A stretch of DNA of 64,000 nucleotides. Origin: Malacoraja senta. Its lineage: Eukaryota. This document shows, one piece after another, positions 1-12,159 of this stretch. Position 1 is the first letter of the stretch; every line of letters starts with the position of its first letter. The translations under genes were made by a program, and so were the position numbers. A model generated the notes under the pieces. The model did not search any database. It was given only the letters and a program-made list of their open reading frames with translations, and had not been told where the DNA came from. Location of the stretch: assembly GCA_038087875.1 (NCBI GenBank), contig CM075995.1, positions 4,962,001-5,026,000 of the forward strand, written 5' to 3'.

Positions 1-259
1 AAACTTTCTGAAGTGGTGCTTGCAGCTGGAGTCTTAGAGTGCTACAGTGTGGAAACAGGCCCTTCGGCCCAACTTGCCCTGTATTTGGCCCATATCCCTC
101 TAACTTTGTCCCATCCATGTCGTCACCAGAGACTAATTGAGAATTCCTGGAGTCTGGGATGTCCGGGATGACCGAGTTACACTTGAAGGGTTGACAGTTC
201 TGGCTATTCAGTGCTCCTCTATAATGTCTCATTCTATTACTTGTTTGACCTCTCTGCAG

Positions 260-386
260 ATTGGAACCCTTGATGTTACTTTGGTCAACGTCCATCTGAA
301 AGGCACTCTCGCAGATGGAGATAAAACTCCTCCACATGCCCATAAAGTCTCACTGTTTACAGACACTCTTCAGGAAACCCTGAAAG
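260..386 (+). CDS. EEPD1: EEPD1 internal coding exon (third from last); upstream exons lie outside the window
   Basis: Acceptor tctctgcag|ATT and donor AAAG|gtatag. Translates IGTLDVTLVNVHLKGTLADGDKTPPHAHKVSLFTDTLQETLK-G, resembling vertebrate EEPD1 (..LTLVNLHL..TLQETLKG). Ends in phase 1, matching the next exon. Confidence 0.9.
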
Positions 387-431
387 GTATAGTACTGTAC
401 ACATGCCATGAAATAAATACTCTGCATGACT

Positions 432-710
432 TCAGTTTGGAATTACAGCGCGGAAACAGGCTCTTTGGCCCACAGAGTCCTCGTACACTAGCACTTTCCT
501 ACACACTTGGGACTATTTATAATTTTTACCGAAGCCATTTAACTTACGAACCTGTTCGTCTTTGGAGTGTGGGAGGAAACTGGAGCACCCGGGCAAATCC
601 CACGCGGTCACGGGGAGAACGTACAAACTCCGTACAGCCAGCACCTGTAGTCAGGAATGAAACCAGGTCTCTGGCACCGCGAGGCAGCAACTCTACCGAT
701 GCGCCACTGA
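432..710 (-). mobile_element. HE1/V-type tRNA-derived SINE
   Basis: Reverse complement of tRNA head (gcggtagagttgctgcc..), V-domain (gtacgttctccccgtgacc..tttcctcccacactccaaagac) and LINE-derived tail (gcctgtttccgcgctgt). Confidence 0.85.
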
Positions 711-759
711 GCCACTCTTCTCCTGCTTCCTGAGGCTCTTTAGTCAAGATTCTTATATT

Positions 760-1310
760 GACTGGAATTTAGAAGAATGAGAGGGGGTCTTATAGTAACA
801 TATAAAATTCTTAAGGGATTCGACAGGTTAGATGCAGGAAACATTTTCCCGATGTTGGAGGAGTCCAGAACCAGGGGTCACAGTTTAAGAATAAGGGGTA
901 GACTATTTAGGACTGAGATGAGGAAAATCTTTTTCACCCAGAGAGTTGTGAATCTGTGGAATTCTCTGCCACAGAAGGCAGTGGAGGCCAATTCACTGGA
1001 TGTATTCAAGAGAGAGTTAGATTTAGCTCTTTGAGCTAACGGAATCAAGGGATATGGGGAGAAAGCAGGAACGGGGTACTGATTTTGGATGATCAGCCAT
1101 CTTCTTCTTGCGAATGGCTTGCACAGCCTAAAGTTGTAGGACAACTTGTTCTATTTGATCTTATTTGATTGTGCACACCTGTTTGTCGAAACAGGGCAGA
1201 CCACGTGAAGGTTGCAATCTCGCATCCCATGATCAGCCATGATCACATTGAATGGCTCGAAGGGCCGAATGATCTACTCCTGCACCTATTTTCTATGTTT
1301 CTATGTTCTA
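760..1310 (+). mobile_element. CR1 (HER1-like) LINE 3' fragment
   Basis: LEFRRMRG.LI..YKILKG..RTRGHSL..FFTQRVVNLWNSLP, followed by 3' UTR and (tttctatg)n tail. Confidence 0.9.
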
Positions 1311-1893
1311 TGTAAGATGCTGCTCGTTGAATCCATCAGTAGCCAGTCACCTTCCTGGGCTTCACTCCAGGCCAAGGTTTACACACCAAAATTCTATTTG
1401 AATGTCAGTGGGCAGCAGAAGAAAATACATGCGTGGGAAAGAACTGCAGATGCTGGTCTAAATCGAAGGTAGACACAAATTGCTGGAGTCAGGCTGCGTC
1501 AGGCAGCGTCACCCATTCCTTCTCTCCCGAGATGCTGCCTGTCCCGCCAAGTTACTCCAGCATTTTGTGTCTAGCAGAAGAATATACAACAAGGTTATGC
1601 TATTTCTTTTTACGTTTAGCAGTCTCAACAGAGGAAATATCTATTAACTTTAATTGTCAGTTAATGCTAGGTTAATTTTGAAGGGTTATGCCAGAGACTC
1701 AAGGTCATCACATTTTTATAAAAGCAGCCCTTGTTCAAGGCTGCTGTGTCCTGCAGAGTAGAGTCATAGAGTCAGTACAGCACGATCACAGGCCCTTCGG
1801 CCCAACTTGTCTGTGCCGACCAAGATTCTCCATCTAAGCTACTCCTATTTGCCCGCGTTTGGTCCGTATCCCTCCAAATCCTTGTAAACCAGT

Positions 1894-1921
1894 CTGAAGA
1901 AGGGTCTCGACCTGAAACGTC
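1894..1921 (+). ncRNA. Minimal hammerhead ribozyme-like motif in a Penelope-derived tail (EEPD1 intron, sense)
   Basis: CTGAAGA-A-GGGTCTCGACCT-GAAA-CG-TC: core CUGANGA/GAAA/UH, stem II hairpin, palindromic ACGT stem III. Confidence 0.6.
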
Positions 1922-2014
1922 ACCCATTCCTTCTCTCCAGAGATGCTGCCTGTGCCATTGAGTTACTCCAGCTTTTTATGTCTATCTTCCTTCTAAACCT
2001 TTCTTGTCTACATA

Positions 2015-3093
2015 AGGGCCTGTCCCACTTGGCCGTCATTTGCGCGCCATTTATGCGACCTCCAAAAATTTGGTCGTCGCGTTGTGACGCATGGGTAGCG
2101 CGGGATGGGTGCATGGAGAGGCATGGAGGAGTATGGAGTTGCGCGCGGTATCGCGCGCCGCTCCAGGATTTCGTGCTGCACAAAATCTTCGCGCGCCACT
2201 GTCGTGGCGTATCACTTACGCACGCGGACGTACAGCGGTCGCACGCTGATGTCCTGACCTCGTACGTGTAGTGCATGGTGTCGCATGATTACATCACCGT
2301 GCGTAACCATGCGCCGATGCCCATACGCAGTCGGCCCGCCTTTTACGCGTCATGGATATAAGCGCGCGCAATTTTAAAATTTGCACAGTTTCGTAAAGAA
2401 AACTACGTGGTGAACACCAAAATCCACGAAACCGGAAAGTGCAAAAGTGAATTGATGCTTCACTTGCAATGACTGCTTGGGTCCCTGGATTGTGGGTAAG
2501 GAAGAGGTTAAGAAGACAAATGTTGTATCTCCTACAGCTGGATGAACGAATGACATGAGAAGGGGTGCAGTTGGTAGAAATGGAAGAGCAAACCAGATAA
2601 GTGATACAAAATGCTGGAGTAACTCAGCGGGAACGGCAGCATCTCTGGAGAGAAGCAATGGGTGACGTTTTGGGTCGAGGCCCTTCTTCAGACTGAAGAA
2701 GAGTCTCGACTCGAAACATCATCCATTCCTCCAGAGATGCTGCCTGTCCCTCCGAGTTACTCCTGCATTTTGTGTCCATCTTCAATTTAAACCAGCATCT
2801 GCAGTTCCTTCCTACAGATTAATTTGGTCTGCAGCTTGCTACTTTTCATTCACCTCTTTTTTTGAATAGGTGCATTACATCTGTAGTTTTCCAATTGCTA
2901 GCACCACTCAAGAAACTGGAACATTTTAGAAAATCACCATAAATATCATAAACTGGGTAAATATCATAAACTGGGTATTCAAATGACGTCACGCGCGCCA
3001 GATGGCTGTGCTGGCGCATGAAGACGCGTGATGAAGCGCGCGACAGTCACTACCGGCCTGTCGCGTAAATGACGGGCAAGTGGGACAGGCCTT
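2015..3093. mobile_element. PIF/Harbinger-like MITE with nested Penelope fragments
   Basis: TIRs agggcctgtcccacttggccgtcatttgcgcg / cgcgtaaatgacgggcaagtgggacaggcctt; CpG-rich interior; Penelope-type sequence at ~2420-2815. Confidence 0.75.
2603..2815. mobile_element. Palindromic Penelope-tail element with two head-to-head hammerhead-like motifs
   Basis: Arms mirror around cttcttcag-a-ctgaagaag (centre 2692). Confidence 0.75.
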
Positions 3094-3289
3094 GTACAGT
3101 CCAAGTTTTTATTTTAATGCTGTTATAGCACCTGCCTCAAGTACCATCTCTGGCAGTCTATTCCATGTAGAACATAGAACAGTACAGCACAAGAACAGGC
3201 CCATCGGCTCATAAGAACAGGCCCTTTGTCTGAACTTGATCTCACCGATCATTTTACAAATAGCTGTCAAAAATGTTGTGTAGTTTCTG

Positions 3290-3872
3290 TTTAGTTTAGA
3301 GATACAGCACGGAAACAGGCCCTTTGGCCCACTGAGTCTGCACCAACCAGCGAACCCCGCACGTTAACACCATCCTAACCACACTAGGGACAATTTACAC
3401 TTATACCAAGCCAATTAACCTACTAACCTGATCGTCTTTGGAGTGTGGGAGGAAACCGAAGATCTCAGAGAACAGCCCTATCGGCTCATAAGAACAGGTC
3501 CTTTGTCTGAACTTGATCTCATCGACCATTTTAAAAATGGCTGTCAAAAATGTAGTGGTTTTTTTAGTCTAGAGATGCAGCGTGAAAACAGGCCCTTCAG
3601 CCCACTGAGTCCACGCCGACCAACGATCACTGCACACTAACACTATCCCACACACACTAGGAACATTTTGTTATAGTTTACCAAAGCCATTTAACCCGAC
3701 AAACCTGTATGTCTTTGGAATTAATGTGCGAGGAAACTGGAGATCCCAGAGAAAACCCACGCAGATCACGGCGAGAACGTAAAACTCCGTATTGGCAGCA
3801 CCCGTAGTCAGGATCGAACCCGGGTCCCTGGCGCAGTAAGCAGCAACTCTACCGCTGTGTCACCGTGTCGCC
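3290..3872 (-). mobile_element. Two HE1-type SINE copies within a local tandem duplication
   Basis: SINE tail and V-domain seen twice, each preceded by the same ~90-nt flank (..cggctcataagaacagg.cctttgtctgaacttgatctca..). Confidence 0.8.
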
Positions 3873-4382
3873 ATATTGGTGACATGCAATGAAGGGGAAA
3901 AAAATTGCTTTGTGTTTTGGTTCTAATAGTTTAATCTCTCATCAATGCCACTCAGACAGATAATCTGTTGGTCTCTCTTTGCTGTGCATGAGAGCATGTC
4001 TTTGCGTTGATGCTGGTTGCCTGGTTGTAAAGGTATGCAGGATAACTCAAGCACTATATCCTTGCATTTCATTTACAGAAGGGGATCAGGCCTCTGGACT
4101 CTGCTTAAATGTGGGGGATTGCTTTTTCTCATGGGATCCCTTAACTGATGTACTATTCCACAGATCATGATATTTAGTAGATTCTTTGCATTTTCCAGTA
4201 ATTTGTGTCAGCTGTAATTTAGCCTTTCCAGCCAAAATTCAGATTCCTGGAAAGTCACTGCTATCTTAAATATGTAATGAAAATATTCATCAAGTTCACA
4301 GCTCACAGATTGCAGCTTTTTCCCCTTTTGGAACCTAAGCAGCACAATGCTGGACTTGGCTAATTTTTATTTCAATTTAACC

Positions 4383-4703
4383 GCGGCACCGTGGAGCAGC
4401 GGTAGAGGCGCTGCCTTAAAGCGCTTGCCGCGCCGGAGACCCGGGTTCGATCCCGACTGGGTGCTGTCTGTACAGGGTTTGTACGTTCTCCCCGTGACCG
4501 CGTGGGTTTTCCCCGGGTGCTCCAGTTTCCTCCCACACTCCAAAGACGTACAGGTTTGTAGGCTAATTGGCTTTGGTAAAATTGTAAATTGTCCCTAGTG
4601 TGTGTGTGTAGGATAATGTTAGTGTGCGGGGATCGCTGGTCGGTGCGGACTCGGTGGGCCGAGGGGCCTGTTTCCGCGCTGTATCTCTACATTAACCTAA
4701 ACT
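4383..4703 (+). mobile_element. Full-length HE1/V-type SINE
   Basis: A-box-like (gtggagcagcggt), B-box (ggttcgatccc), V-domain and gggcctgtttccgcgctgtatctcta tail. Confidence 0.9.
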
Positions 4704-5347
4704 AGACTATACCAGCAATCAAAGAACCACACAGCACAGAAGGAGGCCATTTGGTCCATTGTGCCTCACCTAGCTCAATGAAAGAAAACCAATTTCCTCC
4801 CTATGCCCTCCAAAATGCTATCTCTCTTTGACCATATACACAATTCCCTTTTTGACAGTCCCTCTTGAAGCTGCTTCCGGCGAGCTTTGATAGTGTGTTC
4901 CAGATTTAAAAAACCCTTTACTGTGTTTTTTCCCTCATAACACTCCTAGTTCATTTTTCAACCACCGGTAACTTGAGTATCTGCCAGTGAAACAGCTTTG
5001 TTTCTACTGTAAGAAAATCATTCATGGTTGAGAACACTTCTGTCAAACATTCTTTCAATCTTGGGAGTAGAAACGAGGAACTGCAGAGGCTGGTTTATGA
5101 AAACCGACACAAAGTGTTGGAGTAACTCAGCAGATCAGATCAGCATCTATGGGGAACGTGGATAGGGGACATTTCGGGTGGGGACTCGCTGAATTGTTCC
5201 AGCATTTTGTGCCGTCCTTTCAACCTTCTTTGCCCTCAGAGTGTGCCCCAGTTTTCTAGTCCCACCACATAACGGAATCGTTCATCCCTGGCACTATTCC
5301 AGTAAATCTCCTTCCAACTATATAATTTAGTTCTCTTTCATTTTCAG

Positions 5348-5542
5348 GTGAAAAGGATGTTGTCATTTTGGGAGACTTCAGTCTATCGCCGGACGCAAAT
5401 GATTTTGACTACTTACGGAAAGAGAAGTTTCTTCACTGTGTCCCAGCAAATACCTACACCAACATCAGCACTAAAATCCCTCAAGGCTCAAAGTCGACAG
5501 ACAACATCTGGATTAGTCGCACCCTCAAGAAGACATATTCAG
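5348..5542 (+). CDS. EEPD1: EEPD1 penultimate coding exon (EEP domain)
   Basis: ttttcag|GT GAA AAG ... TCA G|gtacat; 195 nt, phase 1-1. Translates EKDVVILGDFSLSPDANDFDYLRKEKFLHCVPANTYTNISTKIPQGSKSTDNIWISRTLKKTYS, with the EEP-type GDF and DNIW motifs. Confidence 0.95.
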
Positions 5543-5552
5543 GTACATTGCA

Positions 5553-5872
5553 TTCCCTTGCATCCCCTCTCTCTCCATCCCTCCCCCACCCTAGCCATCC
5601 TGCTAGTTTCACTGTTTGTATCCACATGTTATCACCTTTCCGCAGCCAACAATGGACCCTTGTGCGCTCCACCTTTCCTTGATCATCTGGCTGGCTTTGA
5701 TTTGTTCTTTTCACACCTTTCATTCTTTGTTCTTTGCACCTTTTCATGACCTTGGTTTCCCTCTCCCCTGACTCTCAGTCTGAAGAAGGGACTCGACCTG
5801 AAACGTCACCTATTCCTTTTCCCCTGAGATGCTGCCTGACCCGTTGAGTTACCCTGGAATTTTGTGTCCATA
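5553..5872 (+). mobile_element. Penelope-like 3' tail with hammerhead-like motif (5780-5807)
   Basis: Pyrimidine-rich tail homologous to the sequence after the GIY-YIG stop in the 36.3 kb and 52.6 kb copies, then ctgaagaagggactcgacctgaaacgtc and gagatgctgcctgacccgttgagttac. Confidence 0.75.
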
Positions 5873-6269
5873 TTCAGGTTCAATGCAGCCAGATCTGGAG
5901 AGATCATTTCGACCCACGCAAAGTTACAACTTGTGCCACATTTTAAAATCTGTACAATTTGTATATTAGACTCTGGTGAGATTATATTGCCCTTTTCCGG
6001 TCAGTTTGCTAGGGGTACTGTGACAGAATGCTACTAAGTGTTAATTAGTAACGGGCTCAGCACCAAACCCTGAGACACACCACTAATCACAGAATAAAGG
6101 AACAATACAATAAGTTATAGAAAACAAACAATCCTGACTGATGGAACATTTGGCTTACAGATCATTCTCAGGAAATGTACCCTTAGATAACCCAGAGACT
6201 GTTTGTATTGGGGCTGGAATTTATGTGTTTTTAACTTTTGACAAGTATTCAATTTTATGTTAAGCTTGT

Positions 6270-6400
6270 GTGAGAAAGAACTGCAGATGCTGGATAAAAT
6301 CAAAGGTAGACAAAAAATGCTAGAGTAAGTCAGCGGGTGAGGCAGCATCTATGGAGGGAAGGAATGGGTGACATTTTGGGTCGAGACCCTTCTTCAGACT
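6270..6400 (-). mobile_element. Penelope-tail fragment with degenerate hammerhead-like motif
   Basis: gaactgcagatgctgg..gcagcatct..gggtcgagacccttcttcagact. Confidence 0.7.
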
Positions 6401-6502
6401 GATTTAAGCTTGTCTGTCTGCAAATAAGAAGTCGTTGTTCCTTTTCTCTCCTTTCGGTTTCTTTCTAAACCTATGTCCCTTTTTTCCCCCTTCTGCCACC
6501 AG

Positions 6503-6702
6503 GTCATTGGTCTGTTGTGAGGGAAGGTCTCACCAACCCCTGGATTCCTGACGGTTGGTCATGGGGCGGAGTTGCCTCTGAACATTGCCCGCTGTGGGCA
6601 GAGCTCTACGTAGAGAGAGACTTGGGTAGGAAAGTGCCATTTGGCAATGGCAGTGCTGTGACTGTCGAGCAAGCAGACGGAAGCACCAAGGAAGAGCGGT
6701 GA
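6503..6702 (+). CDS. EEPD1: EEPD1 last coding exon
   Basis: Polypyrimidine tract then ccag|GT CAT TGG. Translates HWSVVREGLTNPWIPDGWSWGGVASEHCPLWAELYVERDLGRKVPFGNGSAVTVEQADGSTKEER*, the characteristic EEPD1 C-terminus (REGLTNPWIPD.WSWGGVASEHCP). Confidence 0.96.
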
Positions 6703-7640
6703 CACACAACACGTGGCCGGTGGACAGTTATCACAGAACAATTATTCACCCATGAAGCAAGTGAACGACTGGATGTGAAAAAAAAATCTAATCTGCCTTT
6801 TAACAATTAACTTTCAGTTATGACGTGGTTAATTTCAGCTGCAAATAAGTGTGTTTTTTTTAATTGAATATAGGCTATTTTTGTTGGAAAGCGATAAAAG
6901 AAGAGACATTTTAAATGGGTAAAAAAGGACACTTTATGCCAAACGATTTGGCAATTTAAATCTATTAATGCCGTTTAAAAAAAAAAAGTTGGATGGCCTT
7001 AAGGCTAATCTGTTCACCCACTCTTTGGAAAACTTCAAAATACTGCACTATTTTTATTCGACATCACCAGCAAGCTACGATTGAAAACTACAGCTGCTGC
7101 TGGCACTTAATGCTTTGGATAATACGTGAAAGGGTTAAACTTGTACATAAAATAGCAGATCCAATCTTATTTTGTGATTTTTCTTTGTTTTCGTTTTTGC
7201 ACAGAACTTTAGGATATATTTGCTCCTATTCTGGCATCCATAATATAAAATGTAAAACAATAGTAGATTATACTTGTACTGAGCTCGTGATGGTAAAGTA
7301 CTTTTTTTGGGAAAAAAATAGAAAAAGTTTGGTATGCTCAGACTGCATCTGTTGCACATAAGTATCATGCTGCTGGTGTGGTAATCCGCGTTTTACATGA
7401 ATCCAGGGAGTGAAAAGGGAAGGCTGCATCCAGCAGTGAAATAGTGTTAGCACAATATAACCATTGCCACAGTCTGACGCTCAGTACTGGACTGTGTCCT
7501 TTGGAGATCTGTGACTAACACATTGAAATGGTACAGTGTATGACTGTTACTATAATTACCACTTGTAATATTAGATTGTATGGTACTCCAAAATTGCACT
7601 TTTGATTAAAGAGCTAATAAATTTAACAACATGTGAGCAA
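6703..7640 (+). promoter_or_regulatory. EEPD1: EEPD1 3' UTR with candidate polyadenylation signals (ATTAAA 7605-7610, AATAAA 7616-7621)
   Basis: Repeat-free AT-rich stretch after the stop codon, ending in two adjacent polyA hexamers shortly before repeats resume (~7760). Confidence 0.6.
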
Positions 7641-7994
7641 ACTGTGGCTTAACCGTTATTGTTAAATACGTAGAGGTGATTAAAACTCTTCTCTGCATTC
7701 TGATGACGGCGCGTCAGTGTTCAAGAACTGCAGTGGCATCCGTTTTCTCTGAGGAAGGTTCATAGGTTCTAGGAGCAGAATTAGGCCATTCGGCCCATCA
7801 TGTCCACGCCGCCATTCAATCATGGCTGATCTATCTTTCAATGAGGGAAATTCCCTCTCAAAATTCCCTCTCCCTCTCAGCCCCATTCTCCTGCCGTCTC
7901 ACCATAACCCCTGACACCTTTACTAATCAAGAATCTATCAATCTCCACCTTAAAAATATCCATTGACTTGGCTTCCACAGCCGTCTGTGGCAAT

Positions 7995-8790
7995 GAGTCA
8001 AGAGTGTTTTATTGTCATATGTCCCAGATAGAACAATGACATTCTTATTTGCTGCAGCACAACAGAATATGTCATCATAATAAATAATGTAAGAAAAACT
8101 CGGATAAAAAAGAACAAACAATAGTGCAATAATAATAATAATAATAGTAAGTCTATTGTAGTTCATAGCTTATGAGGTTGTCGTGTTTAATAGCCTGATG
8201 GCTGTAGGGAAGAAGCTGTTCCTAAACCCGGACGTTACAGTTCTCAGGCTCCTGTACCTTCTTCCCGATGACAGTGGTGAGTTGAGTGTGTAGCCAGGAT
8301 GGTGTGGGTCTTTGATGATGTTGGCAGCCTTTTTAAGGCAGCAACTACGCTAGTTCCCTTCGATAGTGATGAGGTCAGAGCCGGTGATGGCTTGGGCAGT
8401 GTTTACAACTTTATGCAGTCTTTTCCGCTCCTGGACATTCAAGTTGCCGAACCAGGCCACGATGCAGCCAGTCAGTATGCTCTCCACTGCACCTGTAGAA
8501 GTTCAAGAGAATCCTCTTTGACATAAAAAATCTCCGTAATCTTCTCAGGAAGTAGAGGCACTGATGTGCTTTCTTTATAATTGCATCAGTGTGCTGGATC
8601 CAGGAAAGATCGTCGGAAATATGCACACCCAGGAATTTGAAGTTTTTGATCCTCTCCACCATCGTTGATGTAAGCAGGATTGTGGGTCCTCAACCTTCCT
8701 CTTGCAAAGTCCACAATCACTTTTTTGGTTTTGCTGATATTGAGAGCCAGGTTGCTGTGCTGGCAGCATATGGTCAGTCGGTCGATCAAA
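7995..8790 (-). mobile_element. Rex1/Babar LINE 3' fragment (flanked by CR1 3' UTR pieces)
   Basis: Frameshifted LALNISKTKKVIVDF..VERIKNFKFLGVHISDDLSW..HTDAIIKKAHQCLYFLRRLRRF; tail gacaataaaacactcttgactc. Confidence 0.85.
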
Positions 8791-11134
8791 ATAAATTCTT
8801 TCTCATCTCCTTTCTAAAGGCATGTCCTTTGAGACAATAGACAATAGACAATAGGTGCAGGAGTAGGCCATTCAGCCCTTCGATCCAGCACCGTCATTCA
8901 ATGTGATCATGGCTGATCATCCCCAACCAGTACCCCGTTCCTGCCTTCTCCCCATATCCCCTGACTCCGCTATTTTTAAGAGCCCTATCTAGCTCTCTCT
9001 TGAAAGCATCCAGAGAACCTGCCTCCACCGCCTTCTGAGGCAGAGAATTCCACAGAGGCTATGAGCTCTGGTCTAAAACTCTCCCACTGGTAGAAACATC
9101 CTCTCCGTATTCACTCTTTCCAGGCCTAAGAACAAAATGTCCATCCCTAGTCTTACGTACTCTGCCATCAACAACTTATTACAATTCAGCAAGCTGTTCA
9201 AAGGTTCATTAGTGATAGGAACAGAATTAGGCCATTCGGCCCATCAAGTCCACTCCGCCATTCAATCATGGTTGATCTATCTCTCCCTCCAAATCCCATT
9301 CTCCTGCCTTCTCCCCATAAATCCTGACACCCTTTATTACCATTCCTTCTCCCCAGAGATGCTGCCTGGCCCGCTGAGCTACTCCAACATTTTGTGTCTA
9401 CCCTTTATGTACCAAGGTACAGAGAGATTATTTTTTGTTGCATCCAGTCAGCAAAGTACTTCAATACATAAGTACAATTGTAGATTAAGTACAAAGTGTG
9501 TAGAAATAGTCCGCTAACACAATGTACAACAGTCGCCAGGTTTTGCCGCCATTTTCAATGTCTAAGTTGTTTTAGGTGCAGCTGGCCATAAAGGCCTGTT
9601 GCCGTGGCGACATTGTAGGGTCGGCCTGGCCAAGCGACGTTGTAGGCATCCTCTGTTGCTACTGCTGAGCAGAGCCATGTGTCTATCCAAACGTCAGGCA
9701 GAGTCGCTGCTTTGGATGTCTGTGTGATATCTACTTGCGGATCGTGGGTTGCGGTGTGGCCATGAGGCCACAGATGAAAACAACCATCTGGGTAAGTTTC
9801 TTGAGGACCCTGCGTGTCATGTATTACGTCTCCACAGCTGCTGATACAGCGCCAGACACAGGGTTCAATCCTGGCTTCAGGTGCTGTCTGTGTGCAGTTT
9901 GTACGTTCTTCCTGTGACCACTTTGGTCTCCTCCAGGTGTTCCAGTTTCCTCCCACATCCCAAAGACATGCAGTCACAGTTTAGTTTATTGTCACGTGTA
10001 CGGCGCTACAGTGAAAAGCTTTTGTTGTGCACTAACCAGTCAGCAGAAAGACAATATATGGTTATATTTGAGCCAGTGTATAGATATTGTACAAGATTAG
10101 GGAATAACCTTTACAGGTTTGTATGTTAATTGGCCTCTGCAAATTGCTCCTAGTGTGTAGGGAGGGGATGCGAAAGTGGGATAACAGAACAAGTATGAAC
10201 GGGCGATCGGTATGGACTCGGTGGGCTGAAGGGCCTGTTTCCATGCTGTACATCAAATCTCCAAAATATCGGATTTAAGACATTTTAATAGTTGGTGCTT
10301 GTTTTCTGATTGTTAAGCTGACTTGACAGTGCATCTTAACATTGTGCTTGGGTGTGATTTGATATATAACTGGTCACTTCTCAACTTCTTATTTCCAACA
10401 GAGTCTTTTGAGATCCTAGAATATTACAGCATTTGGTGACTGTTTAGTCTAAACCGTCAAAAAGTCAAATTTCTGAAAGAGCATTGTTGTTCCATTTGTC
10501 TCTGCATGGTGTCTATTTTAAGGAAAAGGAGGTAAATATTTGAAAGCTAGGTATTTCAAATTTGATAGATCTTCCATTCATCTGCATTTTTGGTGACGTT
10601 TCTGTGATGAATGGCGCTCTTCAAACCTTTTATTTTAATTAAGTTTGGCTGAAGGGTCCATGAATTAAACATGAAGCTAAGTGGTTTTAAGTAAACCGTG
10701 GGAATTAATAAAAAAATGTTCATGGTAGGATTAGGCAGAAGCAGAGAGGAGCATTGTGAGCATCTAACGGCCAACTAAACCTGTTTAAAAAAAAAATTTG
10801 TATAGATAACCTAGATCCAGAATTTCAATGGTCAGACAACTGTTGGAGCAGGTGAGGAATAAGGTCAGAAATGGCAGCTCGGGACTAACCAGAATATATT
10901 GACAATGAAATGTTGCAAGAAGGAAAATGAGAGATCAAGTAAATAACGCTTAAAAAAGTACTGAGCAAAGGAAGAAGGCAAAGACATGGGTGGTGTTAAA
11001 GGAGCTAAGTTTGGTGGATTTAACACTAATCTTGTATAGTCATTGCACAAGCTGACAGGATGTTTAATTAGTAAACCAAATTAGTAGAACTTAAATTGGA
11101 GACAGATGATCAAACTGACACATACACAAAGTCA

Positions 11135-11418
11135 GTTCAGTTTAGTTTATTGTCATGTGTACCGAGGTACAGTGAAAAGCATTTGTCGCGTGCTAATGAG
11201 TCAGCGGAAAGACAGTACATGATTACAATCGAGCCATTCACAGGGCGTAGATACATGATAAGGGAATAACGTTTAGTGCAAGTTAAAGCCAGCAAAGTCC
11301 GATCAAAGACAGTCCGAGGGTCACCAATGAGGTAGATAGTAGTTCAGGACTGCTCTCTAGTTGCGGTAGGATGGTTCAGTTGACTGACAACAGCTGGGAA
11401 GAAACTATCCCTGAATCC
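11135..11418 (-). mobile_element. Rex1-type 3' end fragment or Rex1-related short retroposon; similar copies at ~24270-24735, 30740-30945, 57345-57720, 63120-63400
   Basis: Shared ..ttcttcccagctgttatcag..cactaaacgttattccctt..ttttcactgtacctcggtacac.tgacaataaactaaac tail. Confidence 0.75.
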
Positions 11419-12159
11419 GAGCCAGAGCACGTATTGGACAGCATTTGAGTTGAGGTCACCTAGAAACAAATGGGACACTTCCCTGCATGGTCACTACAAC
11501 TCCAGGGCCACAATGCGGAAGCTAAAGAGGAGATCAGCAAAATGTACCGCTGCTTTACACCCTGTGAAGGATTGCAACACTAAAGGTAAGGAAATATCAG
11601 GGTAATGTGCGACTGATAACTTGCAACGTCTCAACTTCTGTAATCAATACTGTGACTGATGAGAGTCAATATACCGGAAGCCTTCTTGACTACCCTATTA
11701 CCAGTGATGCTACTTGCCGTGAACTGTGTATCTGTACTCCTAGATCCCTTTGCTCTACAACACTCCCCAGGGCTCTTTCATTCACCGGGAAGGTGCTGCC
11801 CTCGTTTGATTTCCAATTGTATCGGTGGTTTTTTTTGCACTACTTCAGCTTGAAGTACAATCCTTTAGCACTTATGTACTTATTGTTCCATTGATCATGA
11901 CCATGCATACTCTACTCTGAGCTCCACACCACAAGGAATTTCATTGCACCCTGGTGTATATGGCAATAAACTAACCTGAATCTGAATTTCACATGCTTCG
12001 ATACAGGCACAAATTATGTGATGTAACAATTATGTCAGTAATTGGGTTTCACATAACATTTCATGAAGCAGCACATAAAAAGTATTGCACTGTACATTAG
12101 GATAGAGTGGGTTAGTGTCCTATTAAATGTTTTATTGACCTCATGCTTTTATGAATGAG

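Noticed and set aside
137..733. 198-aa ORF as a standalone gene
   Set aside because: Only 260-386 is exonic (EEPD1); the rest is intron and antisense SINE read-through.
4383..4460. tRNA gene
   Set aside because: A/B boxes belong to the SINE head and continue into the V-domain; no complete cloverleaf.
10603..10652. C/D snoRNA-like GTGATGA..CTGA
   Set aside because: Only about 50 nt, no terminal stem and not in an evident intron.
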